Source of the DNA: an uncultured Nitrospiraceae bacterium
GTDB taxonomy: Bacteria; Nitrospirota; Thermodesulfovibrionia; Thermodesulfovibrionales; UBA9159
NCBI GenBank assembly: GCA_964475485.1
Contig: CAYYWY010000002.1
Span: forward strand, 104,257-168,256
DNA: 64,000 bases
Direction of reading: 5' to 3'
Positions 54,043 through 64,000 of this stretch are shown here, one piece after another. Numbering within the stretch: position 1 is the stretch's first letter; each line of letters starts with the position of its first letter. The translations under genes were made by a program, and so were the position numbers. The notes beneath the pieces were generated by a model. That model was given only the letters and a program-made list of their open reading frames with translations. It made no database searches and was not told the DNA's origin.

Positions 54043-55059
54043 CTACAGTTTCTTCCCATTGAACTTCGCCAGTCTTCTTAACTGCACCATGAGTTCCGCA
54101 AAGTCCTCGATCCTGAGGGACTGGGGCCCGTCGCATAATGCCTTCTGTGGGTCGGGATGGACCTCCACCATGATTCCGTCCGCCCCGCATGCCATTGCTG
54201 CAAAACAGAGCGGTGCTACGTAGTTTCTTGCGCCCGTTGCATGCGAAGGGTCTATGATTATGGGAAGATGGGAGCGCTCGTGGATCACTGGTACGGCGGA
54301 GATGTCCAGGGTATTTCGCGTGGCATTTTCGAAGGTGCGTATCCCCCTTTCGCAGAGTATGACATCCTTGCATCCCTCCGACAAGACATACTCGGCAGAC
54401 ATGAGGAATTCCTGGATTGTCGTGGACATCCCCCGCTTCAGAACAATAGGCTTGCCGAACTTGCCGACCCGCCTGAGAAGCGAAAAGTTCTGGACGTTCC
54501 TTGCCCCTATCTGGAGCACGTCTGCATATTTACCAACCAGCTCCACATCCTCAGGGTTGATCACCTCTGTAACAAAGGGGATTCCTGCTTCCTTTCTTGC
54601 GGCAGCAAGAAGTTTCAGCCCTTCCTCCTCAAGTCCCTGAAAGGCATAGGGTGAGGTCCTTGGTTTAAATGCTCCGCCTCTGAGCATCCTGGCGCCTGCC
54701 TTTTTGACGCGTATTGCGGTCTCGACTATCTGCTTTTCATTCTCCACAGAGCATGGGCCTGCGATAACTCCGAAGTGTCCTCCTCCGAAGGACGCTCCGT
54801 CAACCTTGACCACTGTCGGTTCCTTCTTGATCTCTCTGCTGGCAAGCTTATAAGGCTGTAGGATCGGAACCAGTTTCTCTACACAGGGAATGGCCTCAAG
54901 GGCGTAAAGCAGATGCTTGTCCCTGTCATCTCCAACGGCACCGATAACTGTTCTTTCGACCCCGAAGATTGCGTGTGCCTTGAATCCCAGATCCTCCACC
55001 TTTTTCATTATGGACTCGACAGTCTTTTTCTTGCAGCCTCTCTTCAGAACTAGAATCAT
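54043..55059 (-). CDS. aroF: 3-deoxy-7-phosphoheptulonate (DAHP) synthase, type I-beta with N-terminal ferredoxin-like regulatory domain
   Basis: VIAGPCSVENEKQ...RGGAFKPRTSPYAFQG...LQIGARNVQNF...VLKRGMS...CERGIRTFE...IIDPSHATG. N-terminal MILVLKRGCKKKTVESIMKKVEDLGFKAH is like the Thermotoga-type enzyme. Confidence 0.9.
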   Translation of the reverse strand: MILVLKRGCKKKTVESIMKKVEDLGFKAHAIFGVERTVIGAVGDDRDKHLLYALEAIPCVEKLVPILQPYKLASREIKKEPTVVKVDGASFGGGHFGVIAGPCSVENEKQIVETAIRVKKAGARMLRGGAFKPRTSPYAFQGLEEEGLKLLAAARKEAGIPFVTEVINPEDVELVGKYADVLQIGARNVQNFSLLRRVGKFGKPIVLKRGMSTTIQEFLMSAEYVLSEGCKDVILCERGIRTFENATRNTLDISAVPVIHERSHLPIIIDPSHATGARNYVAPLCFAAMACGADGIMVEVHPDPQKALCDGPQSLRIEDFAELMVQLRRLAKFNGKKL

Positions 55060-55072
55060 GTAGTCCTCCTTA

Positions 55073-55110
55073 TAAACAAAAGACCACAGGATTCCTGCCG
55101 CCTGTGGTCC
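55073..55110 (-). terminator. Terminator/attenuator hairpin in the aroF leader
   Basis: Minus strand: ggaccacagg cggcaggaat cctgtggtc ttttgttt, a 9-bp perfect stem plus U-tract. It ends 5 nt before the aroF Shine-Dalgarno (AAGGAGG) and 14 nt before the ATG. Confidence 0.6.
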
Positions 55111-55240
55111 TTCTGTTATGGGTTATGTACCTTGTGCCATCAAAAAGCCGGCGACACCCCCTTTAGAAATAACCCTGGAGCCAGCTAAATCGGCCTGATG
55201 CATATTCTCCCAAGCACGATGATCTTTTTTTCATGCTTGT

Positions 55241-55269
55241 AATGTAATATCTTTCCCAAATTAAGTCAA
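55241..55269 (-). promoter_or_regulatory. Sigma70 promoter candidate for the aroF leader
   Basis: Minus strand: TTGACT (55269-55264), 17-nt spacer, TACATT (55246-55241). Predicts a leader of about 175 nt containing the hairpin above. Confidence 0.5.
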
Positions 55270-55397
55270 TGGGATGATTCACGGGAGTCGACTCAAACGA
55301 CCCTATTGGGCATAATCCATCGGAATTACGGGCAGTTGTTTGATGTCATCAGCGTTAACATGTTATAGTAGTTTCACAAAAAAGGAGGCCCTGAATT

Positions 55398-56618
55398 ATG
55401 CTTGTTGTCCAAAAATACGGCGGCACCTCTGTTGCAAACATTGAAAGGATAAAGGCTGTTGCGGAGCGTGTGGTGCAGGCCGCCCGGCAGGGCAATAAGG
55501 TGGCTGTGGTCGTGTCCGCCATGGCGGGGGAGACCGACAAGCTGATTAGCCTGGCCCATGAGATATCCCCTAATCCGAGTGAAAGAGAGATGGACCTGCT
55601 TTTATCTTCCGGGGAGCGTGTAACGAGCGCCCTCACTGCCATCGCGATTGAAGCTCTTGGCCAGAAGGCAATGGCCTTCACAGGCAGACAGATGGGGATC
55701 ATCACCGACACCGTCCATACAAAGGCAAAGATCGAGAGGATAACCGGGGAAAGGGCGAAGAAGGTTCTTGACGAGGGTTATGTGGTTGTGGTCGCAGGAT
55801 TTCAGGGGATAACAGAAGGGCATGACGACGTGACCACCCTCGGCAGAGGCGGATCCGATCTTTCAGCAGTTGCCATTGCATCGGCGCTGAATGCCGATCT
55901 CTGTGAGATTTACACTGATGTCGACGGGGTCTATACCACCGATCCCAATATAGTTCCGGATGCCAGGAAACTCGGGAAGATCTCTTATGAGGAGATGCTC
56001 GAGCTTGCGAGCCTCGGGGCTAAGGTGCTCCAGACCAGGTCTGTGGAGTTTGCAATGAAATACGAAGTTCCGGTTGTGGTAAGATCCAGCTTCAACGATA
56101 ATCCCGGCACGCTGGTTACCAAGGAGGATGAGGATATGGAGAAAGTTGCGGTATCTGGGGTTGCATATGACAAGAACCAGGCTAAGATTACCGTTATGGG
56201 AGTGCCGGACAGGCCCGGTATCGCCGCCAGGCTCTTTAAGGGGATCGCGGATGCCAACATCGTTGTGGACATGATCGTCCAGAATGTGAGCAGTGACGGC
56301 AAGGCCACGGATATTTCGTTTACAGTGCCGAAAACCGACAGCAGGAAGGCGGTAAAACTTACCGAAGAGATCGCGAGGGAGCTGGGGGCGAGGGGCGTAA
56401 CCCAGAGGGAGGATATCGCAAAGATCTCAATCGTCGGGGTAGGTATGAGAACCCATTCAGGTGTTGCAGCAAAGATGTTCGAGACCATGGCAGCACACGG
56501 TATAAATATCATGATGATCAGTACCTCGGAGATAAAGGTATCGTGCGTCATCGAGTCGAAGTTTACGGAACTCGCCGTTAGGGTTCTGCATGATGCCTTT
56601 GAGCTCGGTAAGGGGTAA
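55398..56618 (+). CDS. lysC: Aspartate kinase (monofunctional, two ACT domains)
   Basis: [25 protein letters not shown]...[11 protein letters not shown]...VVAGFQG...TTLGRGGSD...ACT: [19 protein letters not shown]. Confidence 0.95.
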   Translation: MLVVQKYGGTSVANIERIKAVAERVVQAARQGNKVAVVVSAMAGETDKLISLAHEISPNPSEREMDLLLSSGERVTSALTAIAIEALGQKAMAFTGRQMGIITDTVHTKAKIERITGERAKKVLDEGYVVVVAGFQGITEGHDDVTTLGRGGSDLSAVAIASALNADLCEIYTDVDGVYTTDPNIVPDARKLGKISYEEMLELASLGAKVLQTRSVEFAMKYEVPVVVRSSFNDNPGTLVTKEDEDMEKVAVSGVAYDKNQAKITVMGVPDRPGIAARLFKGIADANIVVDMIVQNVSSDGKATDISFTVPKTDSRKAVKLTEEIARELGARGVTQREDIAKISIVGVGMRTHSGVAAKMFETMAAHGINIMMISTSEIKVSCVIESKFTELAVRVLHDAFELGKG

Positions 56619-56638
56619 GGAGCCTTACAAAAAAGGAA

Positions 56639-58231
56639 ATGATAACGAAGGGGCGGAAGATAGAGATTTATGACACGACCCTGAGGGACGGTGCGCAAAG
56701 CGAGGAAATATCCTTTTCGGTGGAAGACAAGCTTCGCATTACAGAGAAACTGGACGAGCTTGGCGTTCACTATGTAGAGGGTGGCTGGCCAGGTTCGAAT
56801 CCAAGGGATGTGGAATACTTCAGGAAGGCTAGGAAACTCACCTTGAGAAACGCGTGTGTCGCCGCTTTCGGAAGCACTCACAGGCCGAAGCACAAGGTCG
56901 AGGATGACGCGAATATCAGGGCACTCCTGAATTCAAAGGCAGGGGTGGTTACTATTGTCGGGAAGACATGGGATTTCCATGTGAGGGAGGCGCTGAGAAT
57001 ATCCTTGAATGAGGACATAGAGATAATCCATAATTCCGTTTCCTATCTCAAGAAAAATGTTGACAAGGTATTTTTTGATGCCGAGCACTTCTTTGACGGA
57101 TACCGGGATAATCCTGAATTCTCGGTAAAATGCCTCCTTGCGGCCCAGGATGCGGGCGCCGATTGCATAGTCCTTTGCGACACCAATGGCGGCACCCTTC
57201 CCGGCAATGTGAGGGCGATCATGAATGATGTGCGCAAGAGGGTGTCTGTGCGCATAGGGATCCATGCGCACAACGACTCGGAGTGCGCTGTCGCCAATTC
57301 CCTTATTGCGGTGGAACTGGGAGCCTCGCAGGTTCAGGGAACAATCAACGGACTCGGCGAGCGCTGCGGGAATGCAAACCTCTGTTCGGTCATCCCCAAC
57401 CTCCAGATCAAGCTCGGTCTTAAGGCGATCACCGACGACCAGATGAAGAGACTAAGAGAGGTTTCACGGTATGTGAATGAGATCGCCAACCTGCGTCATT
57501 TCAAAAGGCAGCCCTTTGTGGGTGACAGCGCCTTTGCCCACAAGGGTGGGATTCATGTGAGCGCAATCGTGAAGAGGCCCGAGACCTACGAGCACATAAG
57601 GCCTGAACTTGTGGGAAACTCCCAGCGTGTGTTGATCTCCGACCTTGCAGGCAAGAGCAATATCCTGAGAAAGGCTTCAGAGTTCGGGATTAAGCTGGAT
57701 CCTGATTCGCCTCAGATCCAGGATATTGTCACGAGGCTGAAGGATCTTGAGAATCAGGGTTTTCAATTTGAGGGAGCTGAAGCCTCTTTTGAACTCCTGA
57801 TGAAGAAGAACCTCGGACTTCATAAGAGATTCTTTGATCTTATCGGGTTCCGTGTGATTGTAGAAAAACGCAGAGAGAAGGAAGAGTCCCTCAGCGAGGC
57901 CACGATAATGGTGAGGGTTGGCGGGCATGTGGAGCATACTGCCGCAACCGGCAACGGACCGGTAAACGCCATCGACAATGCGCTGAGGAAGGCCCTCGAA
58001 AAATTCTATCCTCAACTGAAGCACGTTAAGCTGCATGATTACAAGGTCAGAGTTCTCGCTGCGGGCAAAGGGACTTCGGCGAAGGTAAGAGTGCTCATCG
58101 AATCTGGAGACGAGGAAAAGAGGTGGGGAACCGTCGGAGTTTCGGAGAATATCATAGAGGCATCATGGCAGGCGCTTGTCGACAGCATTGAATATAAGCT
58201 TCTCAGGGAAGAGACGACCGGAGTGTGTTAG
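56639..58231 (+). CDS. cimA: Citramalate synthase (CimA; LeuA/HMGL-like family, LeuA-dimer C-terminal domain)
   Basis: [20 protein letters not shown]...[12 protein letters not shown]...[15 protein letters not shown]...[13 protein letters not shown]. The length and the GGWPGSNP motif are typical of the CimA clade. The call over LeuA is by family resemblance only. Confidence 0.75.
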   Translation: MITKGRKIEIYDTTLRDGAQSEEISFSVEDKLRITEKLDELGVHYVEGGWPGSNPRDVEYFRKARKLTLRNACVAAFGSTHRPKHKVEDDANIRALLNSKAGVVTIVGKTWDFHVREALRISLNEDIEIIHNSVSYLKKNVDKVFFDAEHFFDGYRDNPEFSVKCLLAAQDAGADCIVLCDTNGGTLPGNVRAIMNDVRKRVSVRIGIHAHNDSECAVANSLIAVELGASQVQGTINGLGERCGNANLCSVIPNLQIKLGLKAITDDQMKRLREVSRYVNEIANLRHFKRQPFVGDSAFAHKGGIHVSAIVKRPETYEHIRPELVGNSQRVLISDLAGKSNILRKASEFGIKLDPDSPQIQDIVTRLKDLENQGFQFEGAEASFELLMKKNLGLHKRFFDLIGFRVIVEKRREKEESLSEATIMVRVGGHVEHTAATGNGPVNAIDNALRKALEKFYPQLKHVKLHDYKVRVLAAGKGTSAKVRVLIESGDEEKRWGTVGVSENIIEASWQALVDSIEYKLLREETTGVC

Positions 58232-58259
58232 GCTGCTTATGTTGTTTTACTCAGAATAA

Positions 58260-59285
<1,026 letters not shown>

Positions 59286-59303
59286 AAAAACAATAGTCCG
59301 GGG

Positions 59304-59384
59304 TTAAGGTCAAGGCTGAGGGAGGGTTGAAAAAAGTGGGCATAAGGGATTCTTCCCTGACCTCAACCTCAGCCTTGACCTTAA
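59304..59384. repeat. Long palindromic hairpin (18-bp perfect outer stem) between ilvC and psd
   Basis: ttaaggtcaaggctgagg (59304-59321) pairs perfectly with cctcagccttgaccttaa (59367-59384). The inner arms are partly complementary. No U-tract. The 3' arm ends 7 nt before the psd ATG. Confidence 0.7.
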
Positions 59385-59391
59385 GGTAGAC

Positions 59392-60039
59392 ATGTCTAAA
59401 CTTGCTCCTGAGGGGTTCCCTTTTATCTTCGGATTTCTCGGTATTACTGTCCTTGTGGCTATTTTCTCACCATGGCTTGCAGTGGCTCCCCTCATTCTCA
59501 CCTTTTTCATGGTCTATTTCTTCCGGGACCCTGAAAGGGATATTCCCGAAGGAGAAAATGTCTTCGTATCCCCTGCGGACGGAAAGGTGATCCTGATCTC
59601 TCACAATCCCCCCCTCCCCCTCTTGTTAAGGAGAGGATCGGACGTGAGCGAAGGAGTTTATATCGAGGTAAGCATCTTTATGTCTCCCCTTGACGTGCAT
59701 GTGAACAGGGCCCCATGCGACGGGGTTGTGGAGTCGGTGGTTCACACGCCAGGAAAGTTTCTTTCCGCTTTCAAGCACGAAGCCTCACTCCGTAACGAAA
59801 ATATCGCCATGCTTCTCGACACGAGGCACGGCAAGGTGCTTGTCCGCCAGGTCGCTGGGTTCCTCGCAAGACGTGCAGTTTGTAGAGTGAAACCGGGAGA
59901 TAGCCTTGGGAAGGGCGAACGTTACGGGATCATTAAATTCAGCTCAAGGCTGGATATCTACCTGCCAAAGGAGACCCGTATTAAGGTCAAGCTTGGAGAT
60001 AAAGTGAAGGCAGGGGAGACCGTGATAGGGGAAATTTAA
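59392..60039 (+). CDS. psd: Phosphatidylserine decarboxylase (short, archaeal/alpha-proteobacterial-type proenzyme)
   Basis: FFRDPERDIP...SPADGKVI...SIFMSPLDVHVNRAPCDGVV...VRQVAGFLARR...GERYGIIKFSSRLDIYLP (the self-cleavage region is FSS here in place of G-S). Confidence 0.85.
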   Translation: MSKLAPEGFPFIFGFLGITVLVAIFSPWLAVAPLILTFFMVYFFRDPERDIPEGENVFVSPADGKVILISHNPPLPLLLRRGSDVSEGVYIEVSIFMSPLDVHVNRAPCDGVVESVVHTPGKFLSAFKHEASLRNENIAMLLDTRHGKVLVRQVAGFLARRAVCRVKPGDSLGKGERYGIIKFSSRLDIYLPKETRIKVKLGDKVKAGETVIGEI

Positions 60040-60490
60040 GCGTTGTTTGCTCAGTCAAGCTATTCTTTGCCCGGTGGCTGTCCTGGATATATTGAAATCC
60101 ATGGCACATCGAGAGATTCGCCTTTTCTAGTTCCCTGCCGAGATACGCCGCATGATCAAGCCTTGAGACAAGATTCCGTTCAATGGCTGTAGCAGGCTTA
60201 CACACCGGACCGCAGGTGCTTTTTGCAGCCATGCCGGATATTTCATGAAGGGCGTTAGATACAGGCACAGGATAACAGGGATCACATCCGAGGCAGTCGT
60301 GGGTCACTTCCGATTTCCTGACGATCTCTTGAAGCCTTGCCGCAACTTCTCCGTTTGTCTTTTCCTTCGTCAGCACTTCCCTGAATTCGACGAGCATATC
60401 GTAGAAACACTGGCATGTCCTGCACTTCTCTATCTGAGATATCTTCTCTACTTCATCACAGAGGGTTTTGAAGCCCTTAGTCTCTTCCAT
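59987..60490 (-). CDS. Cys-rich hypothetical protein (putative metal- or FeS-binding)
   Basis: CRTCQCFYDML...THDCLGCDPCYP...STCGPVCKP; the C-terminal LDHAAYLGRELEKA..G..YIQD resembles a DUF4346-like motif. The 3' end overlaps psd by 53 nt. Function unknown. Confidence 0.5.
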   Translation of the reverse strand: MEETKGFKTLCDEVEKISQIEKCRTCQCFYDMLVEFREVLTKEKTNGEVAARLQEIVRKSEVTHDCLGCDPCYPVPVSNALHEISGMAAKSTCGPVCKPATAIERNLVSRLDHAAYLGRELEKANLSMCHGFQYIQDSHRAKNSLTEQTTLKFPLSRSPLPSLYLQA

Positions 60491-60540
60491 TAACCAATCT
60501 CCCGTCCTTTATTAGAAGAACTTTTTCAGCTTTTCTTATA

Positions 60541-62820
60541 CTATCCGCCATCTCTTATATTATAGGTTCCAAGGAAATCTCTTTCTGTCTGCCTCTTTGA
60601 GTCAACCAACAACCTCGAAGCATTGGCCGCTACTGCCAGAGTCGGAAGCTCCTCGAGGGCCGCTGCCAGAACAGGTGTAAGTATACCAATAGAAGCAAGC
60701 CCCATAGTAATTATATCCCATGTTATGCCGAGGGCGATCCCCTGCCTGATAATCTTGTATGTGTTTCTTCCAATTCCTAATGCCTTTGGGATTTGAGACC
60801 AATCATCCCTCATCAAAGCAATATGGGCCGCTTCAATAGCCACATCTGTTCCGGCCACACCCATTGCAATACCTGCATCAGACTGTGCAAGAGCAGGGGC
60901 ATCGTTCACGCCGTCACCTATCATGCAGACTTTATGTCCTTCTTCCTGAAGTCTTTTCACGATTATTATCTTATCCTCAGGCAAGAGATTTGCTTTATAT
61001 TCGGCAATGCCGAGCTTTTTTGATATGCCTGCAGCAACCTTTTCATTGTCTCCGGTTAAAAGAATAAGCCTCTTTATCCCCATCTCTTTCAGTTCCTCTA
61101 TTGCCTTCGGAACCTCTTCCCTTATGACATCGGCAACGGCAATAATGCCTTGTACTGTTGAATCAACCCCTAAGAAGAGGACGGTCTTCCCTTCTGCCTC
61201 AAGCTCTTCTGACTTTGCTATTGCATAATCAGGAATAACGATGCCCTTTTCTCCCATAAGCTTCTGATTTCCGAGAGAAAGGATTTTCCCATCTGCTTTT
61301 CCGGTGATGCCCCGGCCTATGAAATATTCAAATCCCTCAGGCTCAGGAATTTCTATGCCTTCTCGTTCGGCCTTCTCAATAACCGCAGAGGCTATGGCAT
61401 GTTCGGAGTGTTTTTCTATAGAGGCAGCAAGACGAAGGATTTCTGATATTGAATAACTCCCTTTTATTTCCTCCCTTATATTAAGGGGGGATTGAGGGGG
61501 GTTAATTGCTATCATGTCCGTCACCTGCGGTTTTCCAAAGGTTACCGTTCCCGTCTTATCCATAACCAAGCAATCCACCTTTGCGAGAGCCTCCAGATAC
61601 AATCCGCCCTTTATAAGAAGCCCCCGTCTTGCACCACTTCCAACACTCGCAATAACGGAAAGCGGGGTGGCAAGACCGACCGCACATGGACAGGCTGCGA
61701 CAAGAACCGCAATGGAATAGATAGCCTTTCCTGAAATAAGATAGGTGAGAATAGCGAAAGTTACGGCTGACGGCAAAAAATAGGTTGTGAATCTATCAGC
61801 GAATTTCTGAACCGGTGCTTTATGAGCCTCCGCCTCCTCGACAAGCTTGATGATCTTCCCGAGGGTTGTATCCTCACCGATTTTCGCCGTTTTTATCTCT
61901 AAATAACCTGATTCATTCAGTGTGGCGGCAAAGACCTCATCTCCTCTACTTTTCTCTACAGGGATGGACTCACCTGTGATAGGGGCTTGATTCACAGAGC
62001 TTAAACCCTCAACAACGACTCCATCTACAGGTATTTTCTCCCCTGGTCTTACGACAACAATATCTCCCGCCTTTATTTCCTCAATACCGACCTCTATTTC
62101 CCTTCCATCGAGTTTTATCCTCGCCGTCTTAGGCGCAAGCTTTATGAGCTCCTTTATAGCTCGCCTCGACCTCGACACCGTGAACTCCTCCAGATAGTGA
62201 GCAAGATTCATAAAGAAGGCAACGAGCATGGAGGCCGTATATTCGCCAATAGCAGCGGCGCCGATGATCCCAACGGACATCATGAGATCAACGGTAATCT
62301 GTCTGTTTAAAAGACCACCGAGTGCCTTTTTGAAAATAGGATAGCCGCCGAGGAAGATCGCAAGAAGAGTGACATGCAGAGGGATTAATTCCAGTCCCTT
62401 TTCCAGAAGACCAAGATACTCAAGACCTATCTCACCAAGGGCAATAACACCGACAGCAGCGATAAAGGCAAGGCGCAGGGTGCCTGCAATGTCTCGTTTT
62501 TTTGACGGTTCTTCAGCCGGTTTACCAGCTTGAATCTCTGCCTTATGGCCAATCTTCTCAATGTGCCTGATGAGATCTGCCGTATTGATCTCATTCTCAT
62601 CAAAAGTGATGATGGCCTTCTCAGCTGCCATGAGGATTCTTAAATCCCTGACTCCTCTAACAGCTTTCAAAGCCTTCTCCACCTTAGACGCACAATCGGC
62701 GCAGCAGAGACCTTCTACTTTTAGCTCGATGGTTTTCATGTTCCCATCCTCTTCAACTGTAAGTCTTGAGTCATTAACCGCCACTGCAATGGTTGAGGTT
62801 TCCTTAACGGCTGACGCCAT
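60541..62820 (-). CDS. Heavy-metal-translocating P1B-type ATPase
   Basis: N-terminal HMA domain (KVEGLCCADCASKVEKAL); TM CPC motif (VAACPCAVGLATP); DKTGTVT; GDGVNDAPAL. The metal specificity determinants in the last TM helices are atypical, so the metal is not assigned. An alternative start is MKTIELKV at 62739. Confidence 0.9.
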   Translation of the reverse strand: MASAVKETSTIAVAVNDSRLTVEEDGNMKTIELKVEGLCCADCASKVEKALKAVRGVRDLRILMAAEKAIITFDENEINTADLIRHIEKIGHKAEIQAGKPAEEPSKKRDIAGTLRLAFIAAVGVIALGEIGLEYLGLLEKGLELIPLHVTLLAIFLGGYPIFKKALGGLLNRQITVDLMMSVGIIGAAAIGEYTASMLVAFFMNLAHYLEEFTVSRSRRAIKELIKLAPKTARIKLDGREIEVGIEEIKAGDIVVVRPGEKIPVDGVVVEGLSSVNQAPITGESIPVEKSRGDEVFAATLNESGYLEIKTAKIGEDTTLGKIIKLVEEAEAHKAPVQKFADRFTTYFLPSAVTFAILTYLISGKAIYSIAVLVAACPCAVGLATPLSVIASVGSGARRGLLIKGGLYLEALAKVDCLVMDKTGTVTFGKPQVTDMIAINPPQSPLNIREEIKGSYSISEILRLAASIEKHSEHAIASAVIEKAEREGIEIPEPEGFEYFIGRGITGKADGKILSLGNQKLMGEKGIVIPDYAIAKSEELEAEGKTVLFLGVDSTVQGIIAVADVIREEVPKAIEELKEMGIKRLILLTGDNEKVAAGISKKLGIAEYKANLLPEDKIIIVKRLQEEGHKVCMIGDGVNDAPALAQSDAGIAMGVAGTDVAIEAAHIALMRDDWSQIPKALGIGRNTYKIIRQGIALGITWDIITMGLASIGILTPVLAAALEELPTLAVAANASRLLVDSKRQTERDFLGTYNIRDGG

Positions 62821-62896
62821 GACAGGTGTGTGTCCCGCTTCTCCCTTTGATGAGTCAACTAGAGGGTGGAAGCATTAACCCTCAGGAAAATGTCGA

Positions 62897-63427
62897 TTAT
62901 TTGGAGAGAGAGTTCTTCCACCAGAATAACAGCTTGTCCCTATGCCCATATCGTTTCATTTCCTCATAGGCCTTCTCGAAGTTCCAGCCGTTTAACCGTA
63001 TACGATACGCTGCTATGACGACACCTGTCCTGTCGCTGCCACGGTCACAATGGACAAAAACGGGATGGTTCGCAGGATCAGTGATATATGCCAATGCTCT
63101 CTCTATTTCCTCCTTCTTCGGCGCAAAGAACGGGTGCATTGGAACATGGAAGAATTTTATTCCCGCTTCTTCTGCCCATTGTTTCTCCTTTTTCACCTCG
63201 CCGGGCACTTTTTCAAAGATTTCTCTTTCAAGATTGACGATAGCCTTTATTCCTATCTGCTTCAGCTCTTTAATGCCCTGCTCCCTCGGACGTGCGCCCC
63301 TGTAAATACCCGTATCCACTTTATGAAAATTTGGAATGCTCATCTCCCCGGACTGCACATAATTCCCAAAAAGAAAAAAGAAGCCGCCCATCATAAGAAT
63401 TATGAGAATGAGGCCTTTGTTTTTCAT
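62897..63427 (-). CDS. Membrane-anchored/secreted protein-tyrosine (dual-specificity) phosphatase-like protein
   Basis: N-terminal hydrophobic segment. VFVHCDRGSDRTGVVIAAYR is the HCx5R(S/T) P-loop. Confidence 0.8.
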   Translation of the reverse strand: MKNKGLILIILMMGGFFFLFGNYVQSGEMSIPNFHKVDTGIYRGARPREQGIKELKQIGIKAIVNLEREIFEKVPGEVKKEKQWAEEAGIKFFHVPMHPFFAPKKEEIERALAYITDPANHPVFVHCDRGSDRTGVVIAAYRIRLNGWNFEKAYEEMKRYGHRDKLLFWWKNSLSK

Positions 63428-63430
63428 ATC

Positions 63431-64000
63431 CTACTCTATCACCTTTCCATCTTTTATTTCATATACCCTCTCCGCCCTTTTTGCTATTTCATGGTTATGA
63501 GTAACGATGACGATTGTTTTGCCTTCCCTGTGGAGTTTGAAGATCGCCCCCAGGACCTCTGCCTCTGATTCTGAATCAAGATTACCCGTAGGCTCATCCA
63601 TCAATAAAATCTCAGGGTCGTTTGCCAGCGCCCTTGCGATGGCAACTCTCTGTTGCTGCCCGCCTGAGAGTTCGGATGGTTTTGCATTGAACTTTTCCGA
63701 AAGCCCTACCATTGATAAAAGACCTCTTGCCTTTTCCTTCTGCGCCTTTTCATCTGTTTTTAAAAACATCATGGCAGTCTCCACATTCTCTTTAGCAGTG
63801 AGATGTGGCAAAAGGTTGAAGAATTGAAAGACAAAGCCGATCTTTCTTGCCCTTAAGCCTGCAAGCTCACCATTGTTCATTTCTGTAATATCTATGCCAT
63901 CAATAAAGACACGACCTTCTGTAGGTCTGTCGAGGCCTCCCATCAAATGCATCAATGTACTTTTTCCATGACCTGATGGCCCTGTAATGCATGAAAACGT
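63431..64000 (-). CDS. ABC transporter ATP-binding protein (MacB/LolD/FtsE-like), N-terminus beyond right window edge
   Basis: Own translation to the window edge gives ...[22 protein letters not shown] (Walker A). Also [15 protein letters not shown] (signature), [12 protein letters not shown] (Walker B) and VTHN (H-loop). Confidence 0.9.
   Translation of the reverse strand, partial: TFSCITGPSGHGKSTLMHLMGGLDRPTEGRVFIDGIDITEMNNGELAGLRARKIGFVFQFFNLLPHLTAKENVETAMMFLKTDEKAQKEKARGLLSMVGLSEKFNAKPSELSGGQQQRVAIARALANDPEILLMDEPTGNLDSESEAEVLGAIFKLHREGKTIVIVTHNHEIAKRAERVYEIKDGKVIE

Noticed and set aside
55270-55397. A lysine riboswitch upstream of lysC, a SAM riboswitch in the 268-nt leader of the ThrC-like gene (49441-49714), and a yybP-ykoY Mn riboswitch upstream of the TerC-family gene (38977-39023).
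   Set aside because: The leaders are too short (lysC, terC) or lack the conserved core sequences I know for these classes. The 49441-49714 leader has an imperfect long hairpin (tctgtcactccc...ggaggagacaga) but nothing diagnostic. A covariance-model scan would be needed.
59590-59660. The psd segment SHNPPLPLLLRRGSDVSEG (C-run/G-rich DNA), suspected to be another in-frame repeat insertion.
   Set aside because: Short-form PSD enzymes have a variable loop of similar length at this position. The DNA palindrome is weak, and I found no second copy in the window.

Overview
This is a 64-kb bacterial chromosomal window, mostly housekeeping genes with three accessory or unusual islands. Taxonomy cannot be fixed from the sequence. 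Sigma54 regulation, selenocysteine use, an ApbE/NusG-II/Gx trio, a PGM-like homoserine-kinase analogue and many GTCAT...ATGAC palindromic repeats would fit an uncultivated anaerobe, but that is a guess.

Gene order, left to right:
- fumC (cut by the left window edge)
- an NHEJ island: two divergent Ku genes, a stand-alone LigD polymerase and a decayed ligase remnant
- dapB, yacG, a Gx-transporter/NusG-II/ApbE trio, and a uvrA that lacks the insertion domain
- a putative sigma54-driven four-gene operon (10.8-21.7 kb): a 1872-aa secreted beta-helix/Ig-repeat protein plus three tandem two-cupredoxin-domain proteins
- mutS2, ytxH, a cold-shock-type set (RRM protein, rpsU, DEAD-box helicase, csp), tRNA-Asp and tRNA-Val
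- a heme-c sensor kinase and NtrC-type regulator, followed by a sigma54 promoter and a sulfur-trafficking operon
- terC-family gene, cytidylate-kinase-like gene, Yip1 gene, a GH3 NagZ-like gene carrying in-frame repeat insertions, ftsY, PBP1A
- an aspartate-family block: hom, tusA-moeB-JAMM-ThrC-like-MoaD-like-NIL, thrC, PGM-like kinase, aroF, lysC, cimA, ilvC
- psd, a P1B ATPase, a phosphatase, and an ABC ATPase (cut by the right window edge)

Most notable observations:
1. The copper ligands of the three cupredoxin proteins are complementary. A full trinuclear cluster exists only if proteins A and B combine, and protein C has none. This suggests a heterotrimeric, ceruloplasmin-like multicopper oxidase.
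2. A rhodanese gene is split in the ORF track by an in-frame TGA exactly at the catalytic Cys position, followed by a SECIS-like GGUCU-loop hairpin. It is a likely selenoprotein.
3. A MITE-like repeat family has terminal inverted repeats and a perfect 9-bp duplication. Related elements are inserted in frame into coding genes.

The ORF track misses the two edge-truncated genes and the TGA-containing gene.
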